A stretch of 64,000 nt of DNA from Octopus sinensis (lineage: Eukaryota). Under the pieces are notes generated by a model that was not told the origin of the DNA, made no database searches, and saw only the letters and a list, made by a program, of their open reading frames with translations. The stretch lies in contig NC_043008.1 of NCBI RefSeq assembly GCF_006345805.1, positions 2,790,001-2,854,000 of the forward strand, read 5' to 3'. The position numbers and the translations under genes are program-made. Position 1 is the stretch's first letter; every line of letters starts with the position of its first letter. Positions 1 through 13,184 of the stretch are shown here, one piece after another.

Positions 1-357
1 ATTTTCTATAAGATATTTATCAGAAATATAGAATAACTGATTACTCGCTTAGGAAACTCAGTCCTTATTCCATATTTCTTTCTCCATGCATTCGAATGTA
101 TAATAAGGTTTAAATATAAGTGTGTCATATACAGATTTTTCTGTCAGCACGTGGCTATTTTCCCCATGCTAAATGTATCTTAAATCCGTAAATTAGTTAC
201 AAAATCTTTAGCTACTCGATTACAAAATTGTCCAAAACATAAATGCGTCTACTTTCTCTGACATTCTGCCTTTACATCTGTGAAATGGATTTGTTCACCT
301 TTCCAGACGTATGAGCCTTTTTGGTATATACGTCTTTATGTTTAATACGCGTATACA

Positions 358-570
358 AAAATGCGGCGAGCTAGTAGAATCGTTCGCACACCAAGCGAAG
401 GGCATTTCGTCCGTCTTTATGTTCTGATTCCTGTTCCATCGTGGGCGACTTTGCTGTTCATCCTTCGTGGTTGATAATGTACAGACCAGCTCAGCAGTGG
501 GGTCAATGTAATCGAGTCGCCTCCTTTTCTTCACCGTTCTTACTTGGGCCTGTGCCAAAATTTGAAATCA
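358..570 (+). mobile_element. tRNA-derived SINE, octopus family A (degenerate copy)
   Basis: gcggcgagctagtagaatcgtt...gcatttcgtccgtctttatgttctga...ggggtcaatgtaatcgag...gcctgtgccaaaatttgaaa. Matches other copies in the window (48200, 52775-53375). Exact family name not assignable without a library. Confidence 0.75.
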
Positions 571-582
571 AAATTATCTTTA

Positions 583-985
583 GGCGCATGTGCAGTTGTA
601 TCTTTAGAAGCTTGTTTTCCAACCACATACTTCTGGGTTCAATTCCTCTGCATGATACCTTGAGCAAGTGTCTTCTACTATAGCCTCGGGATGACCAATG
701 CATTGTAATTGGATTTGGTAGAGAGAAACTGAAAGAAACCCGTCGTATATACATATGCATGTGTGTTTGTATTTGTATGTGTGTTGAGGTTGTCACAAAT
801 AATCGATTGCCAACCGTAGTTGGTGTGTAGTACGTCCCCGTAACCTAGTGGTTCGGTAAAAGAGTACGATAAAATAAGTACTAGAATTACAGAAAATAAG
901 TCCTGGTGTCGATTCGTTCAACTAAATGCAGTGCTCCAACATGGCCGCAGTCAATTGTCTGAAACAAAGAAACGAATAAAAAAAT
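583..985 (+). mobile_element. tRNA-derived SINE, octopus family B (near full length)
   Basis: tRNA-like head (agaagcttgttttccaaccac...gggttcaattcc), ccttgagcaagtgtcttctactatagc body, internal TA/TG tract, 3' end gtgctccaacatggccgcagtc. The 3' half recurs at 27290-27560. Confidence 0.8.
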
Positions 986-1674
986 GTATGTAACGCTTTA
1001 AAATGGTTGACAAATAGTTTCATAGCATAAAAAGTATCAAAATCTCAAAAGCTGCTCGTAGATGCTTGGGTTTCCAGGATATCTGTTCCGTGATGAGTGA
1101 ACGTCCGAAACGTTCAGGACACTCCCATCATGGTTTTATTACCTTGGATGTAAAAAATTTAATATTTTCCATTGTTTTTTCAGGTCTTGTTTGAATGGTT
1201 GCAGGAATAGAGCAAACTAACTTTGAAATTGAAGCTTGATACGAATGCTTATATGGAGAAGATATTTCTTAAGCAGTGATGAGTGGTTACGTCTAGCAGG
1301 GCGATAGGTGGTGTTACACACTTGTAGTAGACGGGGTATTTTGATATTCGGAGGAAGAGAAGAATAATGCAAAACTTCGGTGAAACAGTCTAACTTTCCA
1401 GTGTCCTAATTGCTACTTTTTGTCGATCAACTGATGGGAGAAAGATAAAGTTGACTGTGACGGAAGTTGATATGCGAAAACAGGAAACGGGAATAAATAC
1501 TGTGATTTTATTGAATTTTAATTTGGAGACGAGAAGAAGAAAAATATATTTCGAGATTGGTTTGTAGCTCAACCGTTTTGTACCAGTATGAGTAGCACAA
1601 TCTTGCAATGATAACCTTTGCAATTTGCGCTGAAATGGATGTTCCCCCGTTTTTGGAAGTTTCAGTTTGTATAC

Positions 1675-2016
1675 ACTCGCCTCCTTATGAGAGCTCAAAA
1701 TCTCTCGTGGAAGCGCCATCCAACCAAAATGCAAATATATGGGAAACTACCACCTGTGTCATCTCTTGTGAAAGGTAGGAGAGTCCAGTTTGCTGGTCAT
1801 TGTTGTAGAGCTGAAAAAGAAGTAATTTCTACTCTTCCCCTCTGGAAGCCATCTACTCGCAATACCAGAGGGCGCACACTCTCCTACCCTGATGTAATCT
1901 CCTGGGATACAGGCATCCAGCAACAGGACCTCCGTAATGCCATGATGGACCGTGAAGTCTGGCGTAGCATGGTAAATTCCATTGTCTCGACCACGGTCGA
2001 ACGATGATGATGATGA
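1675..2016 (+). mobile_element. 5'-truncated RTE-clade LINE, ORF2 C-terminus
   Basis: YTRLLMRAQNLSW...RRVQFAGHCCRAEKE...AMMDREVWRSMV* followed by a (GAT)n tail. 8-bp target-site duplication TTGTATAC at 1667-1674 and 2017-2024. Confidence 0.85.
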
Positions 2017-2304
2017 TTGTATACTGTGCAAAATAAAATTATTGAACTGTAGGTTTTTGGAGATAACATTTGTCTTTACGACAAAAGAAATCAATCTTAT
2101 TTGTTATTAGGTATAATACAAAGCATTGGTTATAATCCAAAATTTGTCATTAGGTATAATCACAGCCGTCTATATTTCCAAGAATAGAGGATCGACGAGC
2201 AAAAGACATCGAATTGCTTTCTTTTTAACTTGTAGTATTATTTCAGAGAAAACTAAATATATAGATGTAACGTGGCATATCTTGCGCGGAAATATTTCGT
2301 TTTC

Positions 2305-2361
2305 TCTCCTCTCTCTCTCTCTCTCTATCTGTCACTTTATTTCTCTCTCATACACACACTC

Positions 2362-2405
<44 letters not shown>
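2305..2405. repeat. (CT)n microsatellite
   Basis: Direct inspection. Confidence 0.95.
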
Positions 2406-2409
<4 letters not shown>

Positions 2410-2574
2410 AACGTTTAAATATAAATGTAAGTTAATCTATGAATATCAGATATTTTAGCCACATGCCCGACACAATATCATTTCCAGCTGTTTGAGTTTT
2501 ATTCTGTCTGACAATTTCTAATGCTTTCCAGTCACTTACTTCAATCGTCACCATTGTTGGAATCATGTTCCTCG

Positions 2575-2674
2575 CCGTCCTCATCATTCAACTTCCCACC
2601 GTCCTCATCGTCGCGGTCGTCGTCAACATCATCATTATAGCAATCACCATCATCGTCATCATCATCATCATCAA

Positions 2675-2717
<43 letters not shown>

Positions 2718-2825
2718 GTCGTCATCATCATCATCACCATCATCATCATCATCGTCATCACTATCATCATCATCATCACCATCATCATCTGTATCATAAG
2801 CATCATTATAAATGTCATCATGATT
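2575..2825. repeat. (ATC)n-type trinucleotide array
   Basis: Direct inspection. Source of the poly-D/I/M ORFs in the track. Confidence 0.95.
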
Positions 2826-3074
2826 GTCAGAACCACCAAACATTTCTAATAATCTTTTCGTTTTGTTTTTATCTTTGTTTTTATATATATATTTATACTT
2901 TATAGACGCAGCAATCACAAAAAAACATTTTTTTGTTTGTTTGAAAGTGATTGAGATAATAATTGTAGAAGAAACTCAAATCAGAATTGTAAAATGTTTT
3001 ATTGCAGCTGCGTTTCCATAGCAATTTTCCAAAACAATTTGGATTAAGATTCTTTGGAGAATGTATAAACAGAT

Positions 3075-3182
3075 AACCATATGAGTATATATGTATATGC
3101 ATATATGTACATGCATATATATATGTGTGTATATATATACATGTACATATACACATATATATATATATATATGTATTTATTA

Positions 3183-3244
<62 letters not shown>

Positions 3245-3255
3245 TGTATGTATAC
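3075..3255. repeat. (TA)n/(TATG)n microsatellite
   Basis: Direct inspection. Confidence 0.95.
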
Positions 3256-4032
3256 GCAAATAAAAATAGAAAATATCAATAAAACAATACATGAAATTGT
3301 TTTGAAAATTTTCAAATTTATGTAATTCTTTTATTCTTTTATTCTAAGCAGATGTTTTAAATCAGGAGACGTTTCTATTGTTCACAGGTGATAGACATAC
3401 GTACACAAATACATACATTCATACATATATACACACACAAAAAATACATAGATACACATGTACACATCTCTCGTTCTTTCTCTCTCTCTTTCTCTCTTTC
3501 CATATCTCTCTCTTTCTCTTTTTGTATATATGTGTGTGTATATATTTCGGTGCGTATATGTATATGTATGCATGCATGCATGTATTTATATATGTACGTA
3601 TTCATGCATGCATGTATGTATCCATGTATGGCTGTTTGTGTTTCTCGCTCTGTGCATGTAGATTCACAAATAACTAGAACTGTATCGTCAATTGACCTCA
3701 GAACTTATTCTCATCATGTTGTCTTTTGTTTCTATTTTCATTAAGGACGATTGGTTGGAATTAATTTATGTGAATGCAATCCTGTTCTGTTGTTGTTGTC
3801 GATGTGACCCACATTGACTAAAAATAACAGCTTTTCGCTCCCTCTCTCTCTCTCTCTCTCTCTCCCTCTCATTATCTCAATTTCTCACTCCCTCTTGCAC
3901 TAAATCTTTGTTTCCCTAATGTTACACACGGCTCTCCGGCACTCTGCTGATCCGTATTTTGATACTTACTGCATAAGCATACATACAATGGTATTGAAGT
4001 CAAGAATACGGAATTTGTCACTTGAAGCTTAG

Positions 4033-4103
4033 TGTCACGTGACATTTAGCAGCTGCCGCCTACCGGTGAGTATTTAAAAGAGAACGTGGCAAGAAGGTCA
4101 TTC
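4033..4103 (+). promoter_or_regulatory. Candidate Pol II core promoter (E-box palindrome, TATA-like box, Inr)
   Basis: Perfect palindrome TGTCACGTGACA at 4033-4044, TATTTAAAAG at 4071-4080, and Inr-like TCATTC at 4098-4103 with its A 29 nt downstream of the TATA start. Confidence 0.35.
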
Positions 4104-4262
4104 GCTCGCTGACATTCGTTGACTCTGCATCGAAGAAACCAAATTAAAAAATAGGAACGAAAAGAAAACACTCAACACCAGAACTGAAAACACCTTCGAA
4201 CACCATGGGTGGGGGACACCCCGTCGAAAACGGTAGAGGGGTAGGGACCGAAACCGGACGTG

Positions 4263-4341
4263 GTTCTTCCTGATGAAGACCTTCGCCACTGCATCCTATA
4301 AAGATGATGTCGTTGTAGCGAATCACGAAACGTGGTTAGAA
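4263..4341 (+). ncRNA. Decayed hammerhead-ribozyme-like motif with long stem II
   Basis: CTGATGA at 4270-4276, hairpin (TTCGC/GCGAA, CATC/GATG), GAAA at 4327-4330, palindromic ACGT. Position 17 is G and the 10.1/11.1 pair is a mismatch, so it is probably inactive. Confidence 0.35.
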
Positions 4342-5531
4342 TTCCGTCTTCTTATAATTTATAGTGTGCCATTCGTTCTTTGGAAAGTGTGGATTGATGT
4401 TTATTAAATCAAGTGACATTATAGACACTTCCTCATACACTCATCATTTTAATAACATTAAAAAATCACTTAATACGTGACCATCCTGCCTTTTCACGCA
4501 GTGTATAATTCATGTCGTTTTCTTTTTGTTAATTTCCCTACAGTGTGCTTTTACACTGATTTGTTTATTTTATCCTTACTAACCTAGAGATGTTTGGTCA
4601 TTTCCTCGATGAGATTCCTGCTGTTTTTGCGGTTGGCACCGCACTGCTGCTGCTTAGCCGCTTGGGAACTACGATAAACAGCACCCATTTCGCTGCCGTG
4701 TAGGGATACCCCTTCCACTACCCAACAATAGTCTATTACAAACATTTCTTCTTTCATATGATACGATGCTGTCTGACTTTGGAGAAATTTCAATGATACA
4801 TTTAGCAGGTTAGATAATGCATACATTTTTCTTCGACATTTTCAATTGTATTGTTCGCTTTATAGGTTAATCGGTGGTTAATATATTGCATTCTAATTCA
4901 TTATTTGAAAAAATATGCTGGCAAACTTATAATCAACAGTCGTGCAGCCATCATAAATTTGACGGATTTCGAAGCGACAACAATATTACACGCCTCTTCC
5001 CACCACTTTGAAGATGGGTGATTATGCTGTTCTGCGTCGGTATTTGTTCTGTCTTTTGTGGTTAGTCGGTGAGGTATGGAAGCGTTAACAGAACGAGAAC
5101 GTTTGACAAGCGCTGAGGGTGGACAAGCAAAAGGAAATAGAAGCATACATGTGAATACATACACACGTACATACAGACAGACAGACAAATAAACACACAT
5201 ACATATATGCATGCTAGTTTTCTTTCAGTTTCCGTCTATGCAATATAGTCAAAACGCGTTGTTTGGCCGGATGCTATAGTAAAAGACTCATGACCAGGTT
5301 TGAAGCCATGTACTAAGGAAGCTACCGTCTTGTAACAAAACAACGCCTGTGCCTATATTAAAAACTCACACACACTCACGCACACACTTTCATACACATA
5401 CTTTCTGTGTAAGTACGCAAATCCCAACTATTCGTTTACTCCTCAGTATATAACTCTATTGAAACCCGACTGCCAACAATAATTTTTTTTGCTCATCTCC
5501 TGCCCCTCACCTTACTTTGCTCCTTCCTTCC

Positions 5532-5570
5532 TTCTTCTGATGTAGTGTTCAATTCCGAAACGTCAAAAGA
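5532..5570 (+). ncRNA. Decayed minimal hammerhead-like motif
   Basis: ttctt CTGATG(t)A G tgttcaattc C GAAA C GTC aaaag: one extra T in the core, a GUC triplet, a palindromic stem III and a partial stem I. Confidence 0.3.
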
Positions 5571-6204
5571 CTCTTTCTCTTTTGCTTTTCTGTTTCATCG
5601 GTCCTGAAAATCCATAATACTGAAAGTTTTTCTTTGTTATTTAGTTTTTTTCTTTCGGTTCGTTCTTCATATTATGATGTCAGAAGTTATATATATATTT
5701 CTGTGTGACCGTATGATAAGAACGTTGCCTCCCAATCACATGGTTTCACTGTGTGGATCCATTCAATTCTTTTAGTAAGGTTTGAGGAATATGGCAGGAC
5801 AAAATTGATAGTGATTGCCGAAGAAATTGTTGAGCTGAAGAATTCTAAGTGAAATATTAACAGTTACAGAACAGCAAGAAACGATCCCCAGCATTGAATC
5901 TTGCCTTGCATCGATAAAGGACAGAAAACATTAAGTAAATACTTCGTGTAGTAAATCTAATAAAAATATCTTCATATGTTCATAAACATATTTAACTTAC
6001 CTGTATGTCTATTTCTTGATTACTGTGCAAAGATGTGTTAACCCATTTCTGAATTGGTAGAATTCCAACTTAAAAGCAAAACTAAAAGCATATTTTATAA
6101 CCAAAAGGAGTAAAGTATATTGCCAAAACTCACCTAAGTAATAACGGCTTTCAGCGGCGAAATATGTTATAGAATTTTTCTTGTTATTTTTCTTATATTT
6201 TTCA

Positions 6205-6290
6205 TTTTATCATCTAGGATGTGTGACAATATTTAGATATATATGCTTTTTATCATCTGGGATATGTGACAATATTTAGATATATATGCT
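6205..6290. repeat. 43-bp tandem duplication
   Basis: ttttatcatct(a/g)ggat(g/a)tgtgacaatatttagatatatatgct x2, with 2 differences. Confidence 0.9.
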
Positions 6291-9200
6291 TTGTTGTTGC
6301 GGATCCTTGTTTGGTTTGGATGTTCTTCAGTGAAGTATCAATTCTCCCAAGCTTGTTGAAGTATTTGCAAGCAATGAGTAAACACCTACTTAAGTATTCT
6401 TAATCATAACACTTACAGGCATTATGGAAGAGTTATACTGATATATTAAATATCACATTCATTGCATTCATATTATATTTATTATTTAAAACACCTTTCG
6501 TGTTATCTTGAGTTTTTTTTCTTTTGCGTTTTCCATATTATCGTCTATTTTCCATAAACATGGCTTTATCTATTTGCATCTTTATCTTACAACCGAATAA
6601 ACGGAAGTCTCTCAAAAAAAGTATACTTCAAGTCGTTCTCTGCTATTAAACGCTCGATTTCTTTGTGTGCTGGAAAACACCACTTTAGACTACAATAAAT
6701 TAAATCATATCCCAGTAATTTATCGTCGTACTTTGCACAATAAAGAGGCAATTAAACCACGAGAGAATTTTTACTCAAGACCATTCTGCAATTTGTAACC
6801 GATTCCTTCTTCTACACTCCACTAAACCATTTTAATTAAAAGTTAGTTTCCGAATATCATTCTTCAAACTTGACGATAAGTGAAGTATCGCACAATGACG
6901 TTTATGCTATTAAGTCATAGAAACTTTCTTGTTTACACTCAAGTTTTATAAACGAAAGAGATTGATGAAGTGGGGATGAATTGTGTATTGAAACTTAATT
7001 CTTCACCTTCAACTACATATATTTTGACTTCATGCCATATTATATTACTCTTAATCTAACACTGAATAATTTGTATATAACAATCGTATTATACAATGAG
7101 TGTGCATTTCTGTCAGCCCCCTTTACAAACCGAAAACTAACAACAAAATATCCTCTAAAAAAAGCATCGAAGTGTTACAAAATCAAAAACATACATTACA
7201 TAACATTGTACTACTCATACGGTTGCCGGAAAACAAAAACACGATGCCGTAATAGACAAAAACATGGAAGAACAGTGTCGTGAAATACAGATTATGGTAT
7301 TTCTTATGAATCTCTAAATTGTGACTTTATAACACAAGTTCGTCTACGTAATTTAATACATTATAATTCAAAGAAAATGTGATACTATAATGAAATTTGT
7401 TGGAGCCTTGAATTTAAAGTGACAGAATGGTCCTCTTTCAATAACTGAAAACAGTAAAAGAAAACAGTTATTGCGTGAATACTCCAGACTGGAAAGGAAA
7501 ATCACAATTCAAGCAGAGAGTGACTTTTGAATAGAAAAGTGAAGTAGAAAGGGCAATTTTTTTTTAACTCAACAAATGGAATGTTTAATCTGATATAACA
7601 GCATATCTCTTTGTCAGTGCCAAAAAGTGTATAGGTTATTGTATTTAAGTGGAGATTTGTCAGTGCTTGGCAATATTTTAGCAAGTTAGAAAACATTGAC
7701 GCTTAACTTAACATTCAAACATCTGCAAAAAAGTAGAAAATATACCCGAAACAAAATAGCAAAATATCGTTTGTGCCATCGATTCATATTATTATTCTTT
7801 TACGGTTTATTAGAATATACTTAAGCAATTTTAACCAGTGAATATGGTTTCCTTTACACATTTAATCTGGAATTTTACCAACTCATAAATTCGAAAACAT
7901 CTTAGAAAGTGAAGCAACAAACAAAAATTAATGATGTTTCTAAAGTACTTGACTATCATAAATATAGCGTTCAGTGGTTTTAAAATTTTCCTCCTCATTC
8001 TATTTGTTCTCTGCGTGACTGTATGTATATTAGGATATTGCGCATTTTATTGCATCTTTAATATATATTTTTGAATCTTTTTCCTTTAAAATCGAAGTGT
8101 GTAAAATAACACTATTTCCTAAATCGAATTATTGGAAATAATAGCCAAATGTTCATCATGAATCGCTGGAAAGCAGCTCTGAAACAGCCCTAAAATTATA
8201 ACAACACAGCCGCAATAGAACAGAATATTATACAAACCGAGGCACTCAACATACAGATACAAGCAACACACACAAATACCACACAAATTATCACCTCATA
8301 AACTTGAGACCCTGAAAAAGGAAAGAGATCTTCACCATTTGAGCAATAGCTAAATTTCCAATTCAATAGCTAAATAATGTCTTCACTGGTTCAAAATTGT
8401 CCGGTGACAAGAGTGACACGTTGGCGTCTGTGTAAGTATACAAACAATGTTATACAAGACGTCTCCTTTCGAAAGCACCGGTTTCGATAACATATTTGCC
8501 TGATTAAAGGTGATTTACTTCGAGCAAACAGAATGGCAACAGAAATTCACAATGAAATGAGTGAATGAAAGGCTGGGAGCAGACGCGAGGTATAATCATT
8601 GTGAGAGATTAGAATGACAAGATAATGCAAATAAATTGACCACATAACACTTTGCTCAAAAGATAAATCGAATGGGGGCAAACATTCAAGATATGCTTGT
8701 TTCTTTTACGAGACTTCGCATGAACTGAACGAATCTGTGTGTTTTTCCTTCTGATCAGCTAGAAAAATTTTAAAGACAATTGCGTATTTTCAAATTTCCT
8801 GGCAAAAAACCAATGATAGCCTGAAGTAACAAATAAAAAAATAATTCTCAACCAATACGATTCTGAGCACTCATTTCCATCGTTCTACATTAACATGTGT
8901 GTGTTTGTGTGTGTGTGTGTATGTTTGTGTGTGTACAAATCAGCATAAATGTGCATGTGGATGCAAATGTAGAGAGAAGCAAATGTAATCTATATCTCTC
9001 TCACTCTGTCTACATGAACTATCTATCTATATTTCTACCTATCTTTCTATCTATATGTCACTCTGTCTGTCTGTCTGTCTATCTGTCTAGTTATATATGT
9101 ACGTATATATGTATGTATGTTTGTAGGTGTGTATGTATATATCGGTATATTGGTCTCTGCGTGCATACGTTTGTGGCTAAACATCCATACATGTGATATA

Positions 9201-9894
9201 AAGCAAAGAAGAATGAAGTGAGTTTTGAATTTGGTGAGACGTAACAAGGATGAGTTCAGCTAAGTTTTCTAACGATTGCCGAATGACTTTGCTGCCTTAT
9301 ATGAGAAATAATGATATACGAACATATAAACCTGACCTCTACGGAACAATAAATTATAGTAACTGTTATATACTGGTATTTCCATAACTATTGCAATTAC
9401 CATTCCTAAAATTCTGCCAGGACACACTAACGATTATACATTCGTACATTCTGTCATATATTTCATGTATACATACGTTCACAAATATATAAATGCATAC
9501 CTGTATACACACAGACATAAATACATATATTAATTCAAAATGTATTTTGTGTAAAACTCTAAATCAAACATTTCTGGTTTGACACTTTTAATTTTATTTC
9601 AAATCTTAGTAAATCTATGGTCAAAACGATTGCAAAATTATAACATTTGCTGTAAAATTGGTTTTACTACTCCATTTTCGTACCAAATGATGTTAAACAT
9701 GATGTTTTTATGCTTCGAGGATGATTTATTACCAAATATATTTTATTGTTAATAGATTCAAATATATCAATTTGAAAAGGAAATATATCATGAAAGAATG
9801 GAATTCAAAACCACTTTTACCATATTATTGAGGTAATAAAGTAGGAATCGGTTACTTGAGTGATATAAGGAAGACCAACTTAAATAGCTGTTTG

Positions 9895-9932
9895 GCTGTT
9901 GTTGTTGTTGTTGTTGTTGTTGTTGTCCCCTT

Positions 9933-9992
<60 letters not shown>

Positions 9993-10527
9993 GATTATTA
10001 TAATTATTATTATTATTATCATTATCAATATTATTGTTAGTGGTGGTGGTGTTGTCGTTGTTGTTGTTGTTATTATCATCAGCATCAGCATCTTCATCAT
10101 ATTCATCATCATCATAAGCATCATCATTATCATCATCGTCAATGTTGTTGCTATGTTTATTATTTTTATTGCTTTTATTATTATTATTATTAGATTTTTT
10201 TGCTTTAAATCAATTACTGTCTCCATTGCAAAAGTGCGTGTGAAAACCATGCGAAGAGGATGATAATACTGACGATGGAGACGATGAGGAGGACGATAAC
10301 GATGTGGATAACAAGAGTGATAATGATGAATATGAAGAGGATGATGATGGTATAATAACGGTGGTAACGTTGATGCAGCTGATATGGGATAAAGTGATGC
10401 TGATAGACATCTTTGCATCTGTGATGATGGTGATTGATATGATTGATATGATTGATATGAATGACAATGTAGATGTTAAATGTGCATGAGAATATTATGC
10501 ATAACTGTGATAATGGTTCTGTACTGG

Positions 10528-10565
<38 letters not shown>

Positions 10566-10612
10566 TCGATGATGATGATGATGTTGATGATGATGAGGAT
10601 GATGATGATGAC

Positions 10613-10643
<31 letters not shown>

Positions 10644-10668
10644 TTGATGATGATGATGATGATGATGT

Positions 10669-10703
<35 letters not shown>

Positions 10704-10885
10704 TTGATGATGATGATGATGACGACGATGATGATGGTGATTATGATGATGATGCTGATGATGATGATGATGATTTGATGGTGGTTACGGTGATGGTGAT
10801 GCTGATGATGATAGAGGCGGCGGTGGCGACGAGTATGACGATGACAGCAACGACGACCATAATAATGATGATGATGATGAAGATT
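9895..10885. repeat. Compound trinucleotide island (GTT/TTC/TTA/ATC, then GAT)
   Basis: Direct inspection. Explains all ORFs between 9852 and 10967. Confidence 0.95.
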
Positions 10886-12005
10886 CGTTGTGAGGTTTAA
10901 CACATGATAAATATATTAATGGTAAGAATGGCGGAAAATGGTAGGCAATGTTGAATAAGATGAACATATAGTTAGGATGATTAAAGTATTGACCATCGTG
11001 AAGAAGATAAGTAAAAGAGTTCTGTGTTGATGTAACAACCGATTTTATGTGACGGAATGATGAGGAACGCTGTCCATGCGTAACATAAGCACTGCCACTG
11101 CCCCATGTTTCGTAACCATTTAGACCAAAGCAAATGAAAAAGAAACTGAATTACGAACAGATCATTGACATCTCCCTTCCCTGAAGCACTTCTAAATGAT
11201 CGAACAAAAAGCAAGTTTCCTAAATTATTATCCTTTAATATAAACAGAAAGATGGTGGCGAGCTGGCAGAAGCTCTTCTTCTTCTTCTTCTTCTTCTTCG
11301 CTGTGAATGCATCGATTCCTAATATGATATTTTTTTTTATTTTCCCACATTTCTATATTAATAATGGTTTCTAACATAAGCATTAGAAGTATATTGTTGT
11401 TGGAATAAATTGTATTTCACCTGAATGAGATTTCGATTTCCCCTCTCCGGAATGACGAGATGTAAATCTCACAACAGCGTGATTTGAACAAAAAGCATGT
11501 AAAATCCGAAATGAATAGTTGGAAACGATGTTAAAACTGTTTACTTGATTACCGATCCCTTAATTATTCTTTCAATCAAAATACGAATGTGTGTTTGTAA
11601 CATAGGCCCAAAGCCTGAAATTTGGGTTAGTAGGCTAATGCAACCAAGTGCTAGTTTGGCATTTTATCAACAGAATTCCGCACTATTCTGAACATGCTTT
11701 ACAAATAATGCTACGAGTTCATTCCAATTACTCTCGGAAATCTTGCTCTGAAACAAAAATAGACACTAAGTGTTTCTGAAGTATATTCTTCTGTTCTTGT
11801 TTAACGTTTTGTGAACTGCATATTGCATCTGGGTGCATGGAAAAACGCATCATATTTAAAACGCAAAGAATGAAAATATGTATTGTGCACATGACAGTTT
11901 AAGAGAGCAATATGTAACATTTTCTATTATATATTTTTCCCCCAACGTAAATCACTGAAATCATCACATAATTGCGACCAGTGATGTTTCCATGAATACA
12001 GCAAT

Positions 12006-12041
<36 letters not shown>

Positions 12042-12096
12042 TATTGATTAAGTCTTTCCTTGTTTGTTTTGCAAAATAGTGGTTTTGTCTCTAATA

Positions 12097-12105
<9 letters not shown>

Positions 12106-12184
<79 letters not shown>
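12106..12184. repeat. (TA)n microsatellite
   Basis: Direct inspection. Confidence 0.95.
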
Positions 12185-12188
<4 letters not shown>

Positions 12189-13184
12189 ACACTAGCGTAC
12201 TCAGTATATTGTCTATTCGTATTTTAAACACTGTGAAAAAATTAATTTTAAGCATGATAATGCGACAACGTCCAAGAGTAATTCTAGAGATTTACAGGGA
12301 AGATAGGAACTCAAAGAAAGCGGATGTGTAGGAATAGAAAGGTCATCTATAGAGGAAGTACATAGGTTATTGATAACCACAAAAGACTGTTGTTTAAGAC
12401 CATCTGAAAATAGTGTAAGACCTCCTTCAAAATTGTATGTAAATTCGTTAAACTATTTCAAGACATTTTTGCACAATCACTGGAAACTTTAGAACTCTCC
12501 AATCAAACAACTTCTTTGGAAAAATATAACACAATGTGGAATCTGAAATATACAGATACCATAGCAACATTCACTGAAATATCGCTAAGTAACACATATA
12601 ACATTGCACGTACAAATAATAGCAGCGTGTACCAGTTGAAAAATAGATCTATTAGAATTCTTCGCATTAAAGGTCACAAAAGTAATTTTCTTGCCAGATA
12701 CAAGCGCGGATTAATATATTCGGGAGAATATAGATAAATGCAGTATGACTACTTTACATTGCATCGTCTTCAACGTTCAACAGGTACCTTCTTTTTTCTT
12801 ATAGAATAATAGTTCGCCTCTCAAGTAATTCAGTAATTGCAATAAGCACCTTTGTCGATGTATGAATTTCAATATAGTAAAAATATATCAGTGTAGAATT
12901 GAAAAGGAATAAAGAAAATACTTTGTTTGCAATCTTTAGTATCGGTTAAAGGTTTCATTCCGTATGGTGATTTATACATTGATATTACAAGGAACGCTAG
13001 TTTCAACGTTGACATTATATTAAAGCTGTATGGATTACACGTTGTTGGTCTCAAAAAATATGATTCTAAGATTGCAGTAGATACAGATGCAAGCATAGTT
13101 AATCACTTTCATTAAATGTTGCATGGGGAATTTGTAGTATTTTGAGAGAATTTCAAAATTTATCCCATTTAAATTATTGAATGT

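Noticed and set aside
295-796. ORFs at 295-796 as genes
   Set aside because: They lie within two adjacent SINE copies.
1085-1120. Hammerhead-like gtgatgag...cgaaacgtt
   Set aside because: The core has an insertion (C-G-TGATGA) and I cannot form a stem I. At most a heavily decayed relic.
2541-3744. Poly-D, poly-I, poly-M and YI-repeat ORFs (also 9852-10903, 14730-15616, 34225-34928 and similar)
   Set aside because: Translations of microsatellites that are open in several frames on both strands, with no splice or codon evidence.
4590-4703. 37-aa hydrophobic small ORF MFGHFLDEIPAVFAVGTALLLLSRLG...
   Set aside because: There is a good acceptor at about 4542, but no homology recognised and it is open in competing frames. 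Not supportable.
5835-5870. CTGAAGA...GAAA spacing like a hammerhead (also 14372 and 26218)
   Set aside because: No stem I/II pairing or a mutated GAAA, so consistent with chance.
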